Below, one piece after another: positions 8,082 through 18,327 of a stretch of 64,000 nt of DNA. The stretch comes from a virus. Lineage: Duplodnaviria; Caudoviricetes. The DNA lies in the IMG/VR virus record IMGVR_UViG_2871841451_000001, positions 2,813-66,812 of that record; one strand, written 5' to 3'. A program made the position numbers and the translations under genes. Every line of letters begins with the position of its first letter. Position 1 is the stretch's first letter. Below the pieces are notes generated by a model, which ran no database searches, was not told the DNA's origin, and saw only the letters and a list, made by a program, of their open reading frames with translations.

Positions 8082-10804
8082 TACTGACCTCCTGCGGTAA
8101 TGTTGCTCGGGAATAGTGTTTGCGTAACTGATCCTAATGAATTTGACTGAAATGGTTGTTTATATTCCTGCCGAGCAGCGCGCGCCGCATCAACCCTCTG
8201 TTGCTGGATATCCATAGTTTGCTTGTACATAGGCGAGGTTTTTTGCTCAGGCCTGAATCGCAACGGCATACCATTTTCGCCGTAATACGGGCGAACATCG
8301 TCATAACCTTCTGCGTTCTTCTGGCGCACCATAACGCTGTAACTCTGATCGCGTGGCGTAACAGCATCGGGAACCAAAACCAAATCGGTATCATCTCGCG
8401 CGCCGCCAAACGCGGAACTTTTCAAAGCTTTTTTCTCTTCCTCCCACTGGCCTTTGATCCAGTTGCCTGAACCGTTAGTCACACCATAAACGGCTTCAGG
8501 GGCATACTTCATCACCTCTTCTTTGCCGTTGATGGTAGATACCGCCCAAACCTTTTTAATCATGGCGTTAGTCATTGCCTTGGCCTGATCAGCATCGCCG
8601 CCGGTCTGTGCAAAGTTCGCATCGTAAATGGTCTGGTAGTCGCGTTGGTACAACTGATTAGCCTGCCCTGCGGCGCTGATGCTTGGTGCCCCGAAGCTGG
8701 TCCACGACGGCGAAAGACTATTGATATTATCCTGCGCTGCGGTGGCTCTAGCCTTGATGTAGTCTTTATCCCTGACCTGTTGGCTAATCATCTGCTTCAA
8801 GCGATCGTCCTGCTGATAGACCTGGTTGTAGGCCATATCGACCGCTTTCTCTGCAGGCACGCCGGCGCGGTCATAGGCATAAACTTTCGAGTAAAACGCC
8901 ATCGCGCCTTTATCAACTCCTGTGGCCGCCGCCGGATTGTTGTCAAAAATCTGCCCGTACATCTTGGCCATAGGAACAACGACAGCAGGATCGCGCGATG
9001 TTGCCCCAGCGGTGAGCATCGTCTTGATCTGCGTCGGCAGCATGCCGGATTTAGTCGTTATCTCTGCAACCTGGTTCAAGCTGTCTGCGTTGTTGATATT
9101 GAAACCGGGGGCAACCTTTTGATCAAAGTAATGATCAGCTGCTTCCTGATTGTTTTTGTCGTTCGGGTCCAGGGGAAAATTATTTTGCAACGATGAAGAG
9201 AACCGCGCACTCCCCTGGTTCTTCTCCCATTCGGCATCGAGCTGCTTAAATTTCGCCTGCATTTTGTCCCAGCGCTGCTGGTTGGCTGCAAAATTAGATG
9301 CATTCGGATCCGTTGGCCGCAAGCGTTCAAGCAGGTCCTGCCGCGCTGCCGGCGACATGCTTTTGGCTGCTCCAATAACGCCACCATAACTTTGCTGATC
9401 TTGAAGGTCTTGCCATTGCCGCATGCCTTTTGATGGGCCATAGGCATTTATCAGATCTGCTTGCGTGGGCAGCTGTGCCGGCTGTAGTCCTTCATCAAGA
9501 GCTGAATACGCATCTTTCAGCGATGTGCCAAGCTGCTGTGCGTATAATGCTCGCTGCTCATTCTGCATGGCCTGCGCCTGTCGCAAATAGGCGCCTTGAG
9601 TTGCAGGGCTTGCAGCATCAAAAGCTGCATTGCCGGTTCTACGCTTTGAGGATTCCAACGCAGAAAGGCCGAGAGCCGCGCTGACGCCGGCGCCGATCTG
9701 CTCATCGGTGTATGGCTGGCTGCCATTCTCATGCTTCACGATGCCGGCACACAACGCTGCCAGGGTTCGCGGGTTGCTCATATCCACCTGATCGTTGGCG
9801 CCGACACCCAATGCGCCGCACAGGGCCTTGATGTAGGCATCAGTGTTGTTTCCATCAGATGCAGGCGCCCAACGGTTAACGATCTCTGCTACGGTATCGA
9901 ACCCTTTAGCCTGATACGCGAGAAGGTTCTTACCCAGCGCTCTGATCCCATGCTCCGGGGTCTCAAACCTGGCAAAGCGACCATCGCTGCCTGTCTGCCC
10001 TTCCCATGGGTTTTTATCACTGGCCTCAATGTTGCCAGGATTGTTATTTCGCAGACCGCGCGCAGCAGATGAATTTCCATGCGCAGTGAATCGAGACACG
10101 CCACCAACGTCTGACGGCTCGCCATTTCTAGCCAGGAACTGATCATAGCGGCCAGCCGTAAGCTGGGCATTCAAGGCAGCCTTGGCCGAGTTTTCCCGGA
10201 AGCTTACCCAGTTGGCTTCAATCTCTTCCGGACTTTGTCCATGCGCCTGGCCGTATGCCATGATCTGCTCTCTGGCCAGCAGGTTTGCATTTACAAATCC
10301 TTCGTTGCTATCGAAGCTGTTTTCAGCCTGCTGCTGCAGGTTCGCCAATAGCCCTTGCTGCTGACCTGCTTCGAACTGCTGACGCTGGCCGATCTCGTAC
10401 TGGCGCGCACGATTGGCAATAGGCTGGCCGGCGGCGGAAAATTGATTACGGAAACGCTCTTTCACCGGACCATCAGGAATGGAGTCAAAAGCCGTGCTGG
10501 CCATTTGGCTTAACTGGCTTGCTACCTGTTCGCTCTGCCCAATGGCGTTGGCGCCCTGCTTGGTCAGCAACCCGGTTCGAGGGTTATTCATCAGGTCATC
10601 AGCTTGCTGGTTGAACTGCATCAGGGCGTTTTGAGCGAACGCCAGATCTTCGCGTTCACGCTGCTGCTGATAAATGCCCAACGCATTAGAACCAACGTCT
10701 GCCAGCGCAGTGAAAGCGTTGTCTTTGGGGATACGCAAATCCTGCGTATTAACCGGCGCCGCTTGTGATTGCGATTGGCGCTGATATAACGGTACTGTAG
10801 GCAT
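8081..10804 (-). CDS. Internal virion / ejection protein with lysozyme-like domain
   Basis: RGLRNNNPGNIE...RFETPEHGIRAL...IVNRWAP motif within a Q/A-rich coiled protein. Confidence 0.8.
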   Translation of the reverse strand: MPTVPLYQRQSQSQAAPVNTQDLRIPKDNAFTALADVGSNALGIYQQQREREDLAFAQNALMQFNQQADDLMNNPRTGLLTKQGANAIGQSEQVASQLSQMASTAFDSIPDGPVKERFRNQFSAAGQPIANRARQYEIGQRQQFEAGQQQGLLANLQQQAENSFDSNEGFVNANLLAREQIMAYGQAHGQSPEEIEANWVSFRENSAKAALNAQLTAGRYDQFLARNGEPSDVGGVSRFTAHGNSSAARGLRNNNPGNIEASDKNPWEGQTGSDGRFARFETPEHGIRALGKNLLAYQAKGFDTVAEIVNRWAPASDGNNTDAYIKALCGALGVGANDQVDMSNPRTLAALCAGIVKHENGSQPYTDEQIGAGVSAALGLSALESSKRRTGNAAFDAASPATQGAYLRQAQAMQNEQRALYAQQLGTSLKDAYSALDEGLQPAQLPTQADLINAYGPSKGMRQWQDLQDQQSYGGVIGAAKSMSPAARQDLLERLRPTDPNASNFAANQQRWDKMQAKFKQLDAEWEKNQGSARFSSSLQNNFPLDPNDKNNQEAADHYFDQKVAPGFNINNADSLNQVAEITTKSGMLPTQIKTMLTAGATSRDPAVVVPMAKMYGQIFDNNPAAATGVDKGAMAFYSKVYAYDRAGVPAEKAVDMAYNQVYQQDDRLKQMISQQVRDKDYIKARATAAQDNINSLSPSWTSFGAPSISAAGQANQLYQRDYQTIYDANFAQTGGDADQAKAMTNAMIKKVWAVSTINGKEEVMKYAPEAVYGVTNGSGNWIKGQWEEEKKALKSSAFGGARDDTDLVLVPDAVTPRDQSYSVMVRQKNAEGYDDVRPYYGENGMPLRFRPEQKTSPMYKQTMDIQQQRVDAARAARQEYKQPFQSNSLGSVTQTLFPSNITAGGQ

Positions 10805-10813
10805 CGCTCCCCC

Positions 10814-11389
10814 TTAAAACGTGAATGCGTTAGAGCCGTAGCGACTGCTGCGGGCATTGCTAAACATGTTGCTGCTGGAACCACTACCGGTTTTGGTAGC
10901 TGGCTTATCCAGCGCGCCAGAAGATTTATAAGCACCATATGCGGTAAGCGAGGAATTCAGGATTGTCGTTGCCGCGCCAAGGTTGGCAGCGTTGCGATCG
11001 ATCTGCCCCTGGGCGCGACTAACACCAGCCTGGAAGTTAAGGCCAGCCGCCTGGCGCTCTGCGTTATTGACGGTGGTAAGAGCATCAAGCTGGCCGCCGG
11101 CCGCTGTATCGCCGAAGATATTCAGCGCACTTCCGCTGGTCATGTCAGTGCCGCCGGCGCCGAAGGCTGCAGCCTGCTGACCCTGTAGCTGGCGTGTCTG
11201 CTGGCGCTGCTGATAAGCCGCATCATTGCCCGCATTAATCGTGTCGCGCGCGGCGATCTCTTGTGCATCTGCATTGGCGTTGGCTATCCTCGCCTGTTGC
11301 TGCCCTGTTTGGTATTGGCCATAAGCGCTAACTGCACCGAGAGCCAGCGCAGAGCCTGCAAGGATTGTTGTTGGCTCACACATGATCAC
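10814..11389 (-). CDS. Small internal virion protein (T7 gp14-like)
   Basis: MCEPTT start, hydrophobic N-terminus, A/Q/G-rich. Confidence 0.75.
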   Translation of the reverse strand: MIMCEPTTILAGSALALGAVSAYGQYQTGQQQARIANANADAQEIAARDTINAGNDAAYQQRQQTRQLQGQQAAAFGAGGTDMTSGSALNIFGDTAAGGQLDALTTVNNAERQAAGLNFQAGVSRAQGQIDRNAANLGAATTILNSSLTAYGAYKSSGALDKPATKTGSGSSSNMFSNARSSRYGSNAFTF

Positions 11390-11849
11390 CTCGTCTCATT
11401 TCAAATCTGTGGAATGGAAGCCCGGCACGGCCAACGGGCTGCGCTTCATGGATGGTGAAACCCAGCCAGTGCAGCCAGCATTTAGCCGCGGTGTTGCGCG
11501 CGTCGACGTAGTTTTCCAGTTCCGGATAATGCTGCAGGAAAAGACGCAGAACTGGCCGGCACCGGCGTAGGAAAGTGGCCTGATATCTTTCAAGCAGGTC
11601 AGAACCCACCAGCCACGGAACCCCAGATCCGGTTATCATTGACCGCGGCGCCACGCCGAAGATGGTCACCACCTCGCCATTGATCAGCCCAGCGAAAGCA
11701 AATGCAGAAGTGCGCAGCGCAAGTTCAAGAACCTGAGCCGGCGTCTTGCCACTCATCGCCTCGAACTCATCAGCGTCAGCCTGGCGAACGCGCGGCAGGA
11801 GTGCCGCAACGTGTTCAAGAGTGGCTTCGACAACTTCAACCTTGCGCAC
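11376..11849 (-). CDS. T7 gp13-like GNAT-fold virion assembly protein
   Basis: LENYVDARNTAAKCWLHWLGF motif; position after the nozzle gene. Confidence 0.75.
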   Translation of the reverse strand: MRKVEVVEATLEHVAALLPRVRQADADEFEAMSGKTPAQVLELALRTSAFAFAGLINGEVVTIFGVAPRSMITGSGVPWLVGSDLLERYQATFLRRCRPVLRLFLQHYPELENYVDARNTAAKCWLHWLGFTIHEAQPVGRAGLPFHRFEMRRGDHV

Positions 11850-14350
11850 TAAATGCCTCCTACGGTTACGCGCGGGATAACTGCGAGAATAGTCATCGGC
11901 AGCGGGTCGTTCTGTTCCACAATCAGCCGGCCGTTCTTGCTCCAGTTAGCATCCAATTGTAATTCAATGGTTCCCGTCTTCGGTTCGACCGGGTCATCAT
12001 AAAATTCATCGTTGCGTTGCGCGTATTCGTACATCTCGCCGCCTGGCGTACCAGCAAACACACCGCGCGACTCATTCACTAGCAACGATGCGGCCGTGAA
12101 GAGTTTCTTCTTATCCAGCAGTGTTTCGTTGCCGTTAAGGTTAACGTCCAGCGTTTCAATGACCGCGGCGATCTGCAGCCCTGCATGCACTACGGCACCG
12201 GCTTTCTCCAGGGTGATAGCGCCAGCATTGACTACCTTCTGCGGCTCAACGTTGGCGTCAGAAAGGATGCTTACCGTTTGGCCTTCGAGGTGGTCAAGGC
12301 CTACGAATGTCGAGCGCGCCATGCTCCAGTCACTGACCGGGACACCACGGAACTGCGGCGGCACATTTCGGTTACTGGTAACGGTTGCCTGGTTGCCACT
12401 TGCGACCGAACGGATCAGCAACTTCAGCACCTTGCTTACATCATCCTCGACATAAGGCATGTGGATTTCACTACCAATATCGCCACCAGTGAAGTAACTG
12501 GCGCTGGCCACCGTCAGCGTCATCTCTTCGTCGTATGGCCAGTCACCTGCGCCACCCGTCAGAGTCATGGTTTTGCTGGCGTCACGATTTCTGCCGTCAT
12601 ACGTCAGGCCACAGTCAACGAAAAAGGCATCGTCCATAACATCGTATAGGCGGCTCTGCATACGCTCGATATAGCGGCACGGCTGGCCATTGATGGTGCG
12701 TTCAACCACGCAATAGAGCGCGTCTTCGTTTCCTTCAGCAATGCTGCACACTGATTCATAGCGCCCGGCGCCAGGATGAAGATGCCACGCTGCCACCTGC
12801 TGATCGCGAAGGTAGGTTAATCCCAACAGCGCGCCGTCATTGCGCGTACACCAAACGATCGACATAGGCGTGATTGAGAACGCCCAATCGGTAATCTGGT
12901 ACCCGGTAAAGAAGTGGTTAGCGAGGATGGTCAGGTCAGAACCCTGGAATCCGTCGACGTCGAACGAGTAGGCCAGGTCGCGCACCGCGCCGCCCTTTTG
13001 CTGGATGAATAGCGCGACATTGCTGATCGCAATAGGCTGCACGTGGCTGGCGCCATTCTGCCCCTGGCTTGAAAACTGGAAGGCCGAAGGTGTCAGCGTA
13101 CCTTGCTGGTTGCCGTTCACCTTGTATTCGCCACCGCTGGTTAGCGCGACAAGCGATCCGACGTCGATCAGATGACGGATTTGATTGAGCTGGCGACCGG
13201 CGTAGGTATAGGTGATAGCGTCATCGTCAACGGTCGGGTTTGATGTGCCGAAATCCTTATAGTCTCCGCTGCGACTGGTCCATACTGTTTGCGGCTGACT
13301 GCGTGATCCGGCAAACATCAAGCGCTGCTGGAAGTAAACGACGGTGCCAGGATAGCCAGCATCACCATTCCAGGCATAATGCGCCCACTTGTATGTTGCC
13401 GACTCGGAGCCAACTACCTGCCCGGGCAGCTCGATCTCTCCATCCTTGCGGATCACCACTTCGGCAGTGGCGGTCATCCCGTCGCCGCTTACGGCCGTAA
13501 TGCGGCAAATTCCTCGGCCGGAATGCAAGTAACGCCATTTGACGCCATAGGCATCAGAACCGGCTACAGCCCAGCCGTCCCAGCTATCACCAGTTGTATG
13601 CGTTGGCGCCACCGGGCCAGTATGCCCTCGTTCGCCAGCATCAACACAACGATAATAGTTCTCCTGGTATCGGCAGATATTCCCAACGCTAACCTGCTCA
13701 CCGGTAACCCAACGCCCGACCGTGTCGACGTTCTTCTGCTCCATGTAGAACAGCTTTCCAACATGCCAGCTTTTGAAGATCGATGCACTAGCTGTAAGGT
13801 CTACCGTTCCGCTTGTCGCGCTGGCGTAGACAGTGATCGACTCGTCAATGTTCACGTTAGCAAATGGACCGCTGACCGTGGCCACCTCTGCAGTGCGCCA
13901 ATCATCGTGCGCATAGCGTTGGATTTCCATAGGTGGGTAGTTCGGGTGGCAAACCGTCATCACGTCTGCGCTCTGCGTATATTTCAGCAGGTCGATATCA
14001 GCAGCGGCCCACGGCGTTGTTACGTCTACAGGCTGGCCAGCGCTGGTGCCGGATGAGTAGACGACCTGTGCTCCATCCATAAACACGCGAAAGTAATGAT
14101 CGCCGACCTCGAGCACATAGGTCTGCTCCGTGTTGAACTGGAACGGGATCAGACGACACTTGCGATCGGGAAACTTTGCCGGCGCCACATAGCGCGTTCC
14201 CGGCCGGTTCTCAACACCGCCATATTGGCGCACGATGAAGTTACGGCAGCGGCGCAGTGAAGTCTGGTATTTCTCCAGGTCAACGCGGCCGTAAAGGCTT
14301 GGCGATACTTCGCCACCAGCAAAGGACGGTTGAATGAGGCTGGTTGTCAT
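11849..14350 (-). CDS. Tail nozzle (tail tubular protein B)
   Basis: QPSFAGGEVSPSLYGRVD N-terminus and YPGTVVYFQQRLMFAG; 833 aa. Confidence 0.9.
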   Translation of the reverse strand: MTTSLIQPSFAGGEVSPSLYGRVDLEKYQTSLRRCRNFIVRQYGGVENRPGTRYVAPAKFPDRKCRLIPFQFNTEQTYVLEVGDHYFRVFMDGAQVVYSSGTSAGQPVDVTTPWAAADIDLLKYTQSADVMTVCHPNYPPMEIQRYAHDDWRTAEVATVSGPFANVNIDESITVYASATSGTVDLTASASIFKSWHVGKLFYMEQKNVDTVGRWVTGEQVSVGNICRYQENYYRCVDAGERGHTGPVAPTHTTGDSWDGWAVAGSDAYGVKWRYLHSGRGICRITAVSGDGMTATAEVVIRKDGEIELPGQVVGSESATYKWAHYAWNGDAGYPGTVVYFQQRLMFAGSRSQPQTVWTSRSGDYKDFGTSNPTVDDDAITYTYAGRQLNQIRHLIDVGSLVALTSGGEYKVNGNQQGTLTPSAFQFSSQGQNGASHVQPIAISNVALFIQQKGGAVRDLAYSFDVDGFQGSDLTILANHFFTGYQITDWAFSITPMSIVWCTRNDGALLGLTYLRDQQVAAWHLHPGAGRYESVCSIAEGNEDALYCVVERTINGQPCRYIERMQSRLYDVMDDAFFVDCGLTYDGRNRDASKTMTLTGGAGDWPYDEEMTLTVASASYFTGGDIGSEIHMPYVEDDVSKVLKLLIRSVASGNQATVTSNRNVPPQFRGVPVSDWSMARSTFVGLDHLEGQTVSILSDANVEPQKVVNAGAITLEKAGAVVHAGLQIAAVIETLDVNLNGNETLLDKKKLFTAASLLVNESRGVFAGTPGGEMYEYAQRNDEFYDDPVEPKTGTIELQLDANWSKNGRLIVEQNDPLPMTILAVIPRVTVGGI

Positions 14351-14961
14351 TATGATGCCCTCGCGTCGGAAACCTCAGACCACGGCGCCGGCGGCTCCTG
14401 GGTTTCATTCATGCTAAGCGTTGACGCAGATGAAATGGTGAGTTGGTATTTCTGCTCGGCGCGATTACCGAGACTGGCATCCCCTGTGATCTGCATGTTG
14501 ATTTCTGCTGCCAGGCGCCAGCTAAGTGCATCGCGGAACTCTGCGTCAAACATGTTGGGGTCGGTGACGCGTGTCACGTAGCGCAGCCATGCTTTCGGCA
14601 GGTCAGTCAATATCAAACGGCCAGTGCCATTCTCATCAGAACCGACCTCATACGGCACGCGCCGTTCTGGCGTAATAAAGCGCTCACCGCCTGGAGAGAC
14701 GATCGCAACAATGCGCTGGCAGTCCACCGGGTAACGATAACTGTATTGCCAATCAGGCTGTTCGATATCCAGATCGGCGAGCGCCACGCGCTTTGTGGCG
14801 AACCTCCACGGAAAATCAGCCAGCACCGCATCGCGGCAGTCTTCATAAAACAGCGAGCATACCGCCGCTTCTTTGCTCTTTTCCGTCAGGCTGGCAATAA
14901 CTCGGCTGTTGCCAAGCCGACCAAGCGCCACGTTGCAGATCTGGATAACGGATGCCATCAC
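14350..14961 (-). CDS. Head-tail adaptor (tail tubular protein A)
   Basis: ICNVALGRLG...WRFATKR pattern. Confidence 0.88.
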   Translation of the reverse strand: MMASVIQICNVALGRLGNSRVIASLTEKSKEAAVCSLFYEDCRDAVLADFPWRFATKRVALADLDIEQPDWQYSYRYPVDCQRIVAIVSPGGERFITPERRVPYEVGSDENGTGRLILTDLPKAWLRYVTRVTDPNMFDAEFRDALSWRLAAEINMQITGDASLGNRAEQKYQLTISSASTLSMNETQEPPAPWSEVSDARAS

Positions 14962-15281
14962 TCGCCCCCTGCGTCGCCATAAAGTGTGTCAGCAGCAGAA
15001 CGCTGCGGCGCGGCCGCCGGCTCTACGCCAATATCAGTGAATTGCAGATCAACGCTGCTTTCGGCTTTATCACCTTCGGTGCGGGTGGAGACAGACAGCA
15101 CTTTAGCCAGGCCGCCAATTGTCAGTGATTCGCCAACCTTTGGCAGTGGGATCCCCAGCTTTTCCAATGTGTCATTGTTCAGCGTGAAGCGAAGCCCCCA
15201 CGGATATTCGTCGCGAGTCTCCGGCTTTCCGCCTTCGCTTTCGTAGGTGTCTGTGCCGATCTTGAGGTTTACGGTTTTCAT
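14958..15281 (-). CDS. Capsid staple protein (epsilon15 gp10-like)
   Basis: YPWGLRFTLNNDTLEKLG...VDLQFTDIG. Confidence 0.75.
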   Translation of the reverse strand: MKTVNLKIGTDTYESEGGKPETRDEYPWGLRFTLNNDTLEKLGIPLPKVGESLTIGGLAKVLSVSTRTEGDKAESSVDLQFTDIGVEPAAAPQRSAADTLYGDAGGE

Positions 15282-15320
15282 GCGAGGACTCCAGGAAAGA
15301 AAGGGGCCGAAGCCCCTTTG

Positions 15321-15614
15321 TTAGTTGATGCCTAACTCTTTGCGCTTGGCTTCAATTTCTTCTGACAATTTGGCGATACCCGCTTTGTGATGCGGCTTGG
15401 TGCCAAAGATTTCTTCATACTGCTGCTGCAGCGCGGCCAGCTTCGCGCTGTCGTCGTTGTCGCCGCCGCCCTCTTCCAGCAGATTGCCATCACCATCGAT
15501 CAGCTGCAGGTTGTCGCCAGCCTTGCCGCCGTATTCGATTGTGTCGCCCTCTTCCAGCAGATGCCCGTTGATGAATGACTTCCGTGTGACGCGGTACATT
15601 TTCAGTTGTGACAT
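15321..15614 (-). CDS. Small virion-associated hypothetical protein
   Basis: In operon between the cement and staple genes. Confidence 0.65.
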   Translation of the reverse strand: MSQLKMYRVTRKSFINGHLLEEGDTIEYGGKAGDNLQLIDGDGNLLEEGGGDNDDSAKLAALQQQYEEIFGTKPHHKAGIAKLSEEIEAKRKELGIN

Positions 15615-15615
15615 G

Positions 15616-16062
15616 TCACGCTCCTACTTTGAAGCCGCTTGCGTAGGTACGATGTGCATCGGCATCCAACAGCAGGCCAGCAGTGAAAGCACCTGCGGTC
15701 AGCGGACCCGTAGCCACGGTGTAGTTAACGCGCAGATAGCGCTGCACACCGTGTGGAACAGTGGCCACGTAGCGATAACCAGCCTTCAGATCAGCAACTG
15801 CGATTGCACCGGTCTGCAGCAGTGTGGTTGCACTGGCGAAATCGCTGGTCTTGGATGTCTGCAGACTGATCGTTACGGTAGCGGAACCGCCAGCCGCGGC
15901 AGTAGAAGCCACCTGGGCGATGAACTCAACCGGGTAGCCTGGTCCGATATCGCGCACATCATTGCCACCAGACAGTGGGCCAAGATCGATAACGTCAGTA
16001 GATGGCGCAGTTGCCGTAACCGCCTGCGCCTGTGAGAACATATTCAGATAGTCGAGGATCAT
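15616..16062 (-). CDS. Bbp16-like capsid cement protein
   Basis: FSQAQAVTATAPSTDVIDLG...RYLRVNYTVATGP. Confidence 0.8.
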   Translation of the reverse strand: MILDYLNMFSQAQAVTATAPSTDVIDLGPLSGGNDVRDIGPGYPVEFIAQVASTAAAGGSATVTISLQTSKTSDFASATTLLQTGAIAVADLKAGYRYVATVPHGVQRYLRVNYTVATGPLTAGAFTAGLLLDADAHRTYASGFKVGA

Positions 16063-16115
16063 TTTGTCTCTCCATCAGTAAGAAAGGAGAGCCGCACCCG
16101 GCGGCTCAGCCGGGA

Positions 16116-17102
16116 TTAAACGACCTGGGATTCGGTATCCAGCAGGGCATCACAGGTGCGCAATGGAACACCACGAATCGACTGCCAGAAGATACCTTCG
16201 GTTTCCTGGGTCTTCACAGCCAGCGAGGCTTTTTCCAGTGCCTGAACGTCGATGTATTCCATCACTGTGCGGTTACCGTACAGAGCAGCCTTACCAAGCT
16301 TCAGGTTGGGGATTCGGTGGAAAGCCTTGACGATCAGCTTCAGCAGATTTGCAGCATTTTCATCGCTATCCAAAGTGGTGGTATCGATGTTGCAGATCCG
16401 CACCGCATAGCGCCAGTCTCGCACGGTAATACCGCAATCCCACTTGTAGTGCGTGCGATAGCCTTCGTACTTACCGCCGTCGGCGTCGGTCAGGGTTTGC
16501 TGCCCCTTATCTTCATGGTTAATGCCAGCCTTCTGTCCCTTCGGGAAGATGCCATGAACAGTGTTAGCCCCCCATACGACCAGCCAGATCGACGTCAGGT
16601 TAGAACCTGTTCCGCCTGCATCGATGATGTTCTGCGCGTTTTTGGCGCTCATGTCATTGTAGCGTGCGGACAAGCCGGTAAAGCGTTGCGGATTGAGAGT
16701 CGCATCACCGTAGAACACGGTTTCAGCCATCTGCTGGTTCATGCCCTCGAGGAAAGCATGGTCCTCAGAAAGACGAAATTCACTGGTATTACCGTTAAGA
16801 TCAGCCAGAGATTTGTCGATTTCTGAGTACGTTTCCAGCATACCGATAGCATCGGTGATTTGAGCTGTGGTTGATTTACCCTGCTTCACGCCATAGTTCA
16901 ACATACGCCATGTGGCCTGTGGTAAACCGGTGCGAATAGTGGTGCGGTGGCCTGTTGGCAAGTTGCCCTCGACAAACAGCATGTCGTCCAGGATTTCGTT
17001 TGTCTGGCCCAGGATTTCTACAATCTTATCTACCTTGCCATCTGGATCTACGCGCTTAGCCCAATCCGCCAGCGTCAGCGCAGTTTGACCTTTAATAGCC
17101 AT
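16116..17102 (-). CDS. Podoviral major capsid protein (epsilon15 gp7/Bbp17-like)
   Basis: EGNLPTGHRTTIRTGLP and VRDWRYAVRICNID motifs. Confidence 0.92.
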   Translation of the reverse strand: MAIKGQTALTLADWAKRVDPDGKVDKIVEILGQTNEILDDMLFVEGNLPTGHRTTIRTGLPQATWRMLNYGVKQGKSTTAQITDAIGMLETYSEIDKSLADLNGNTSEFRLSEDHAFLEGMNQQMAETVFYGDATLNPQRFTGLSARYNDMSAKNAQNIIDAGGTGSNLTSIWLVVWGANTVHGIFPKGQKAGINHEDKGQQTLTDADGGKYEGYRTHYKWDCGITVRDWRYAVRICNIDTTTLDSDENAANLLKLIVKAFHRIPNLKLGKAALYGNRTVMEYIDVQALEKASLAVKTQETEGIFWQSIRGVPLRTCDALLDTESQVV

Positions 17103-17107
17103 ATCAA

Positions 17108-17788
17108 TTACTCCTTACCGTAAAGAACATCGGCCGCGCTACGCTGACCGCCTTGATTTGGCACGACGAAGCTGTCTTCAGCCATCGCCTTGCCGACTTT
17201 TGCACAGAAGCGAACAAGTGCCGGGTGATTGCCCAGGCCGCTCGCATTCAGGTATTCGCGCAACTCTGGGTTGCCGAACTGATCCAGCGCGCGCTGTGCG
17301 GCGCCTACACTGGCGTTGAACTTGTCTCCGCCGATTTCTTTATCGGCCTTGACCTGCTCACCCCAATCAGCAACTTGCTTGCTCCAGGCTTCTGCCTGCT
17401 GCTGCTGGATCTGCGGATAGATGTCTACCAGCTTCTGCGCCTGCTCTTGGCTCAAGCCCAGCTCTTTGGCGATCGGCTCAAACACAGCCAGAGCATTGGC
17501 ATCCAGTTCCTGTCCTTCCGGCGCCGAAAACTCATATTTTTCGGGCGCAGCTGGCTTATCTTTCTTATCAGTCTTGTCGCCGCTTTCCTTGCCGGCCTTG
17601 TCTTCATCAGGGCTGTCTGCAGGCTTATCGTCAGCTGGCATATCTTCGCCTGCTGGTTGATCTGCGCTGCCTGCCTGCGGAGCATCGCCCGCTGGGGTAT
17701 CCGCTGCCGCCGGTGCGCCACCATCACCGCCTTCAGGCGGAGCTTCAGAGCACAGGCGGCGATACATCAAACGTTCGAACAAGTTCAT
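17108..17788 (-). CDS. Capsid scaffolding protein
   Basis: Acidic low-complexity N-terminus, PEKYEF, GLGNHPALVRF; upstream of the capsid gene. Confidence 0.8.
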   Translation of the reverse strand: MNLFERLMYRRLCSEAPPEGGDGGAPAAADTPAGDAPQAGSADQPAGEDMPADDKPADSPDEDKAGKESGDKTDKKDKPAAPEKYEFSAPEGQELDANALAVFEPIAKELGLSQEQAQKLVDIYPQIQQQQAEAWSKQVADWGEQVKADKEIGGDKFNASVGAAQRALDQFGNPELREYLNASGLGNHPALVRFCAKVGKAMAEDSFVVPNQGGQRSAADVLYGKE

Positions 17789-17798
17789 GTGATGCCTC

Positions 17799-18062
17799 TT
17801 AGCTTGTTGCGATAATGCCGGCAGCGCGGAGGCTCGCTAGCAGTGCGTTGTATTCGGCCTGGGTTGGGGCTGCCGCTGCGTTAGCCACCGCCGCGCCCTG
17901 CTTCACGCCGCCGACTACAGAAGCGGTTGCCACCGGCGGTGCAAATGTGGTTGGTTTACCGGTGATATCACCCCATGCAACGGAGGAACCGCCGCCGCTC
18001 AGAACCTTAACGACTTGCACGCCGCCGTCATTCCGGATCAATTTCTGGCGTTGTGTTGCCAT
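17799..18062 (-). CDS. Small head-fibre-like protein
   Basis: WGDITGKPTTF, GGVKQ, YNALLASLRAAGII. Confidence 0.6.
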   Translation of the reverse strand: MATQRQKLIRNDGGVQVVKVLSGGGSSVAWGDITGKPTTFAPPVATASVVGGVKQGAAVANAAAAPTQAEYNALLASLRAAGIIATS

Positions 18063-18327
18063 GATTAGCCTCTCTGTCTTTCTCGGCCTCGGCGGCCATC
18101 TTTAGGTACAGTTCAGGGCAGAACTTCAACACATCGTTGAATAGCGCCAGCCCTGAATTGCGGTTACCTTCATTGAAAATTGTGCTGTTCACCTCGCCGG
18201 TGAATGAGATGCGAAACACACCAGCCTGATCGAGAAGCCCCCATACAAAACGGCGGCCACTCTCTGTTGCCATCACCTTCTTCACGTCGTCGGCGTGGCG
18301 TTGCTGAAGCTGCTCGCGAGTCATCAT
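18028..18327 (-). CDS. Bbp19-like protein
   Basis: GRRFVWGLL...FNEGNRNSGL; follows the portal gene. Confidence 0.75.
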   Translation of the reverse strand: MMTREQLQQRHADDVKKVMATESGRRFVWGLLDQAGVFRISFTGEVNSTIFNEGNRNSGLALFNDVLKFCPELYLKMAAEAEKDREANHGNTTPEIDPE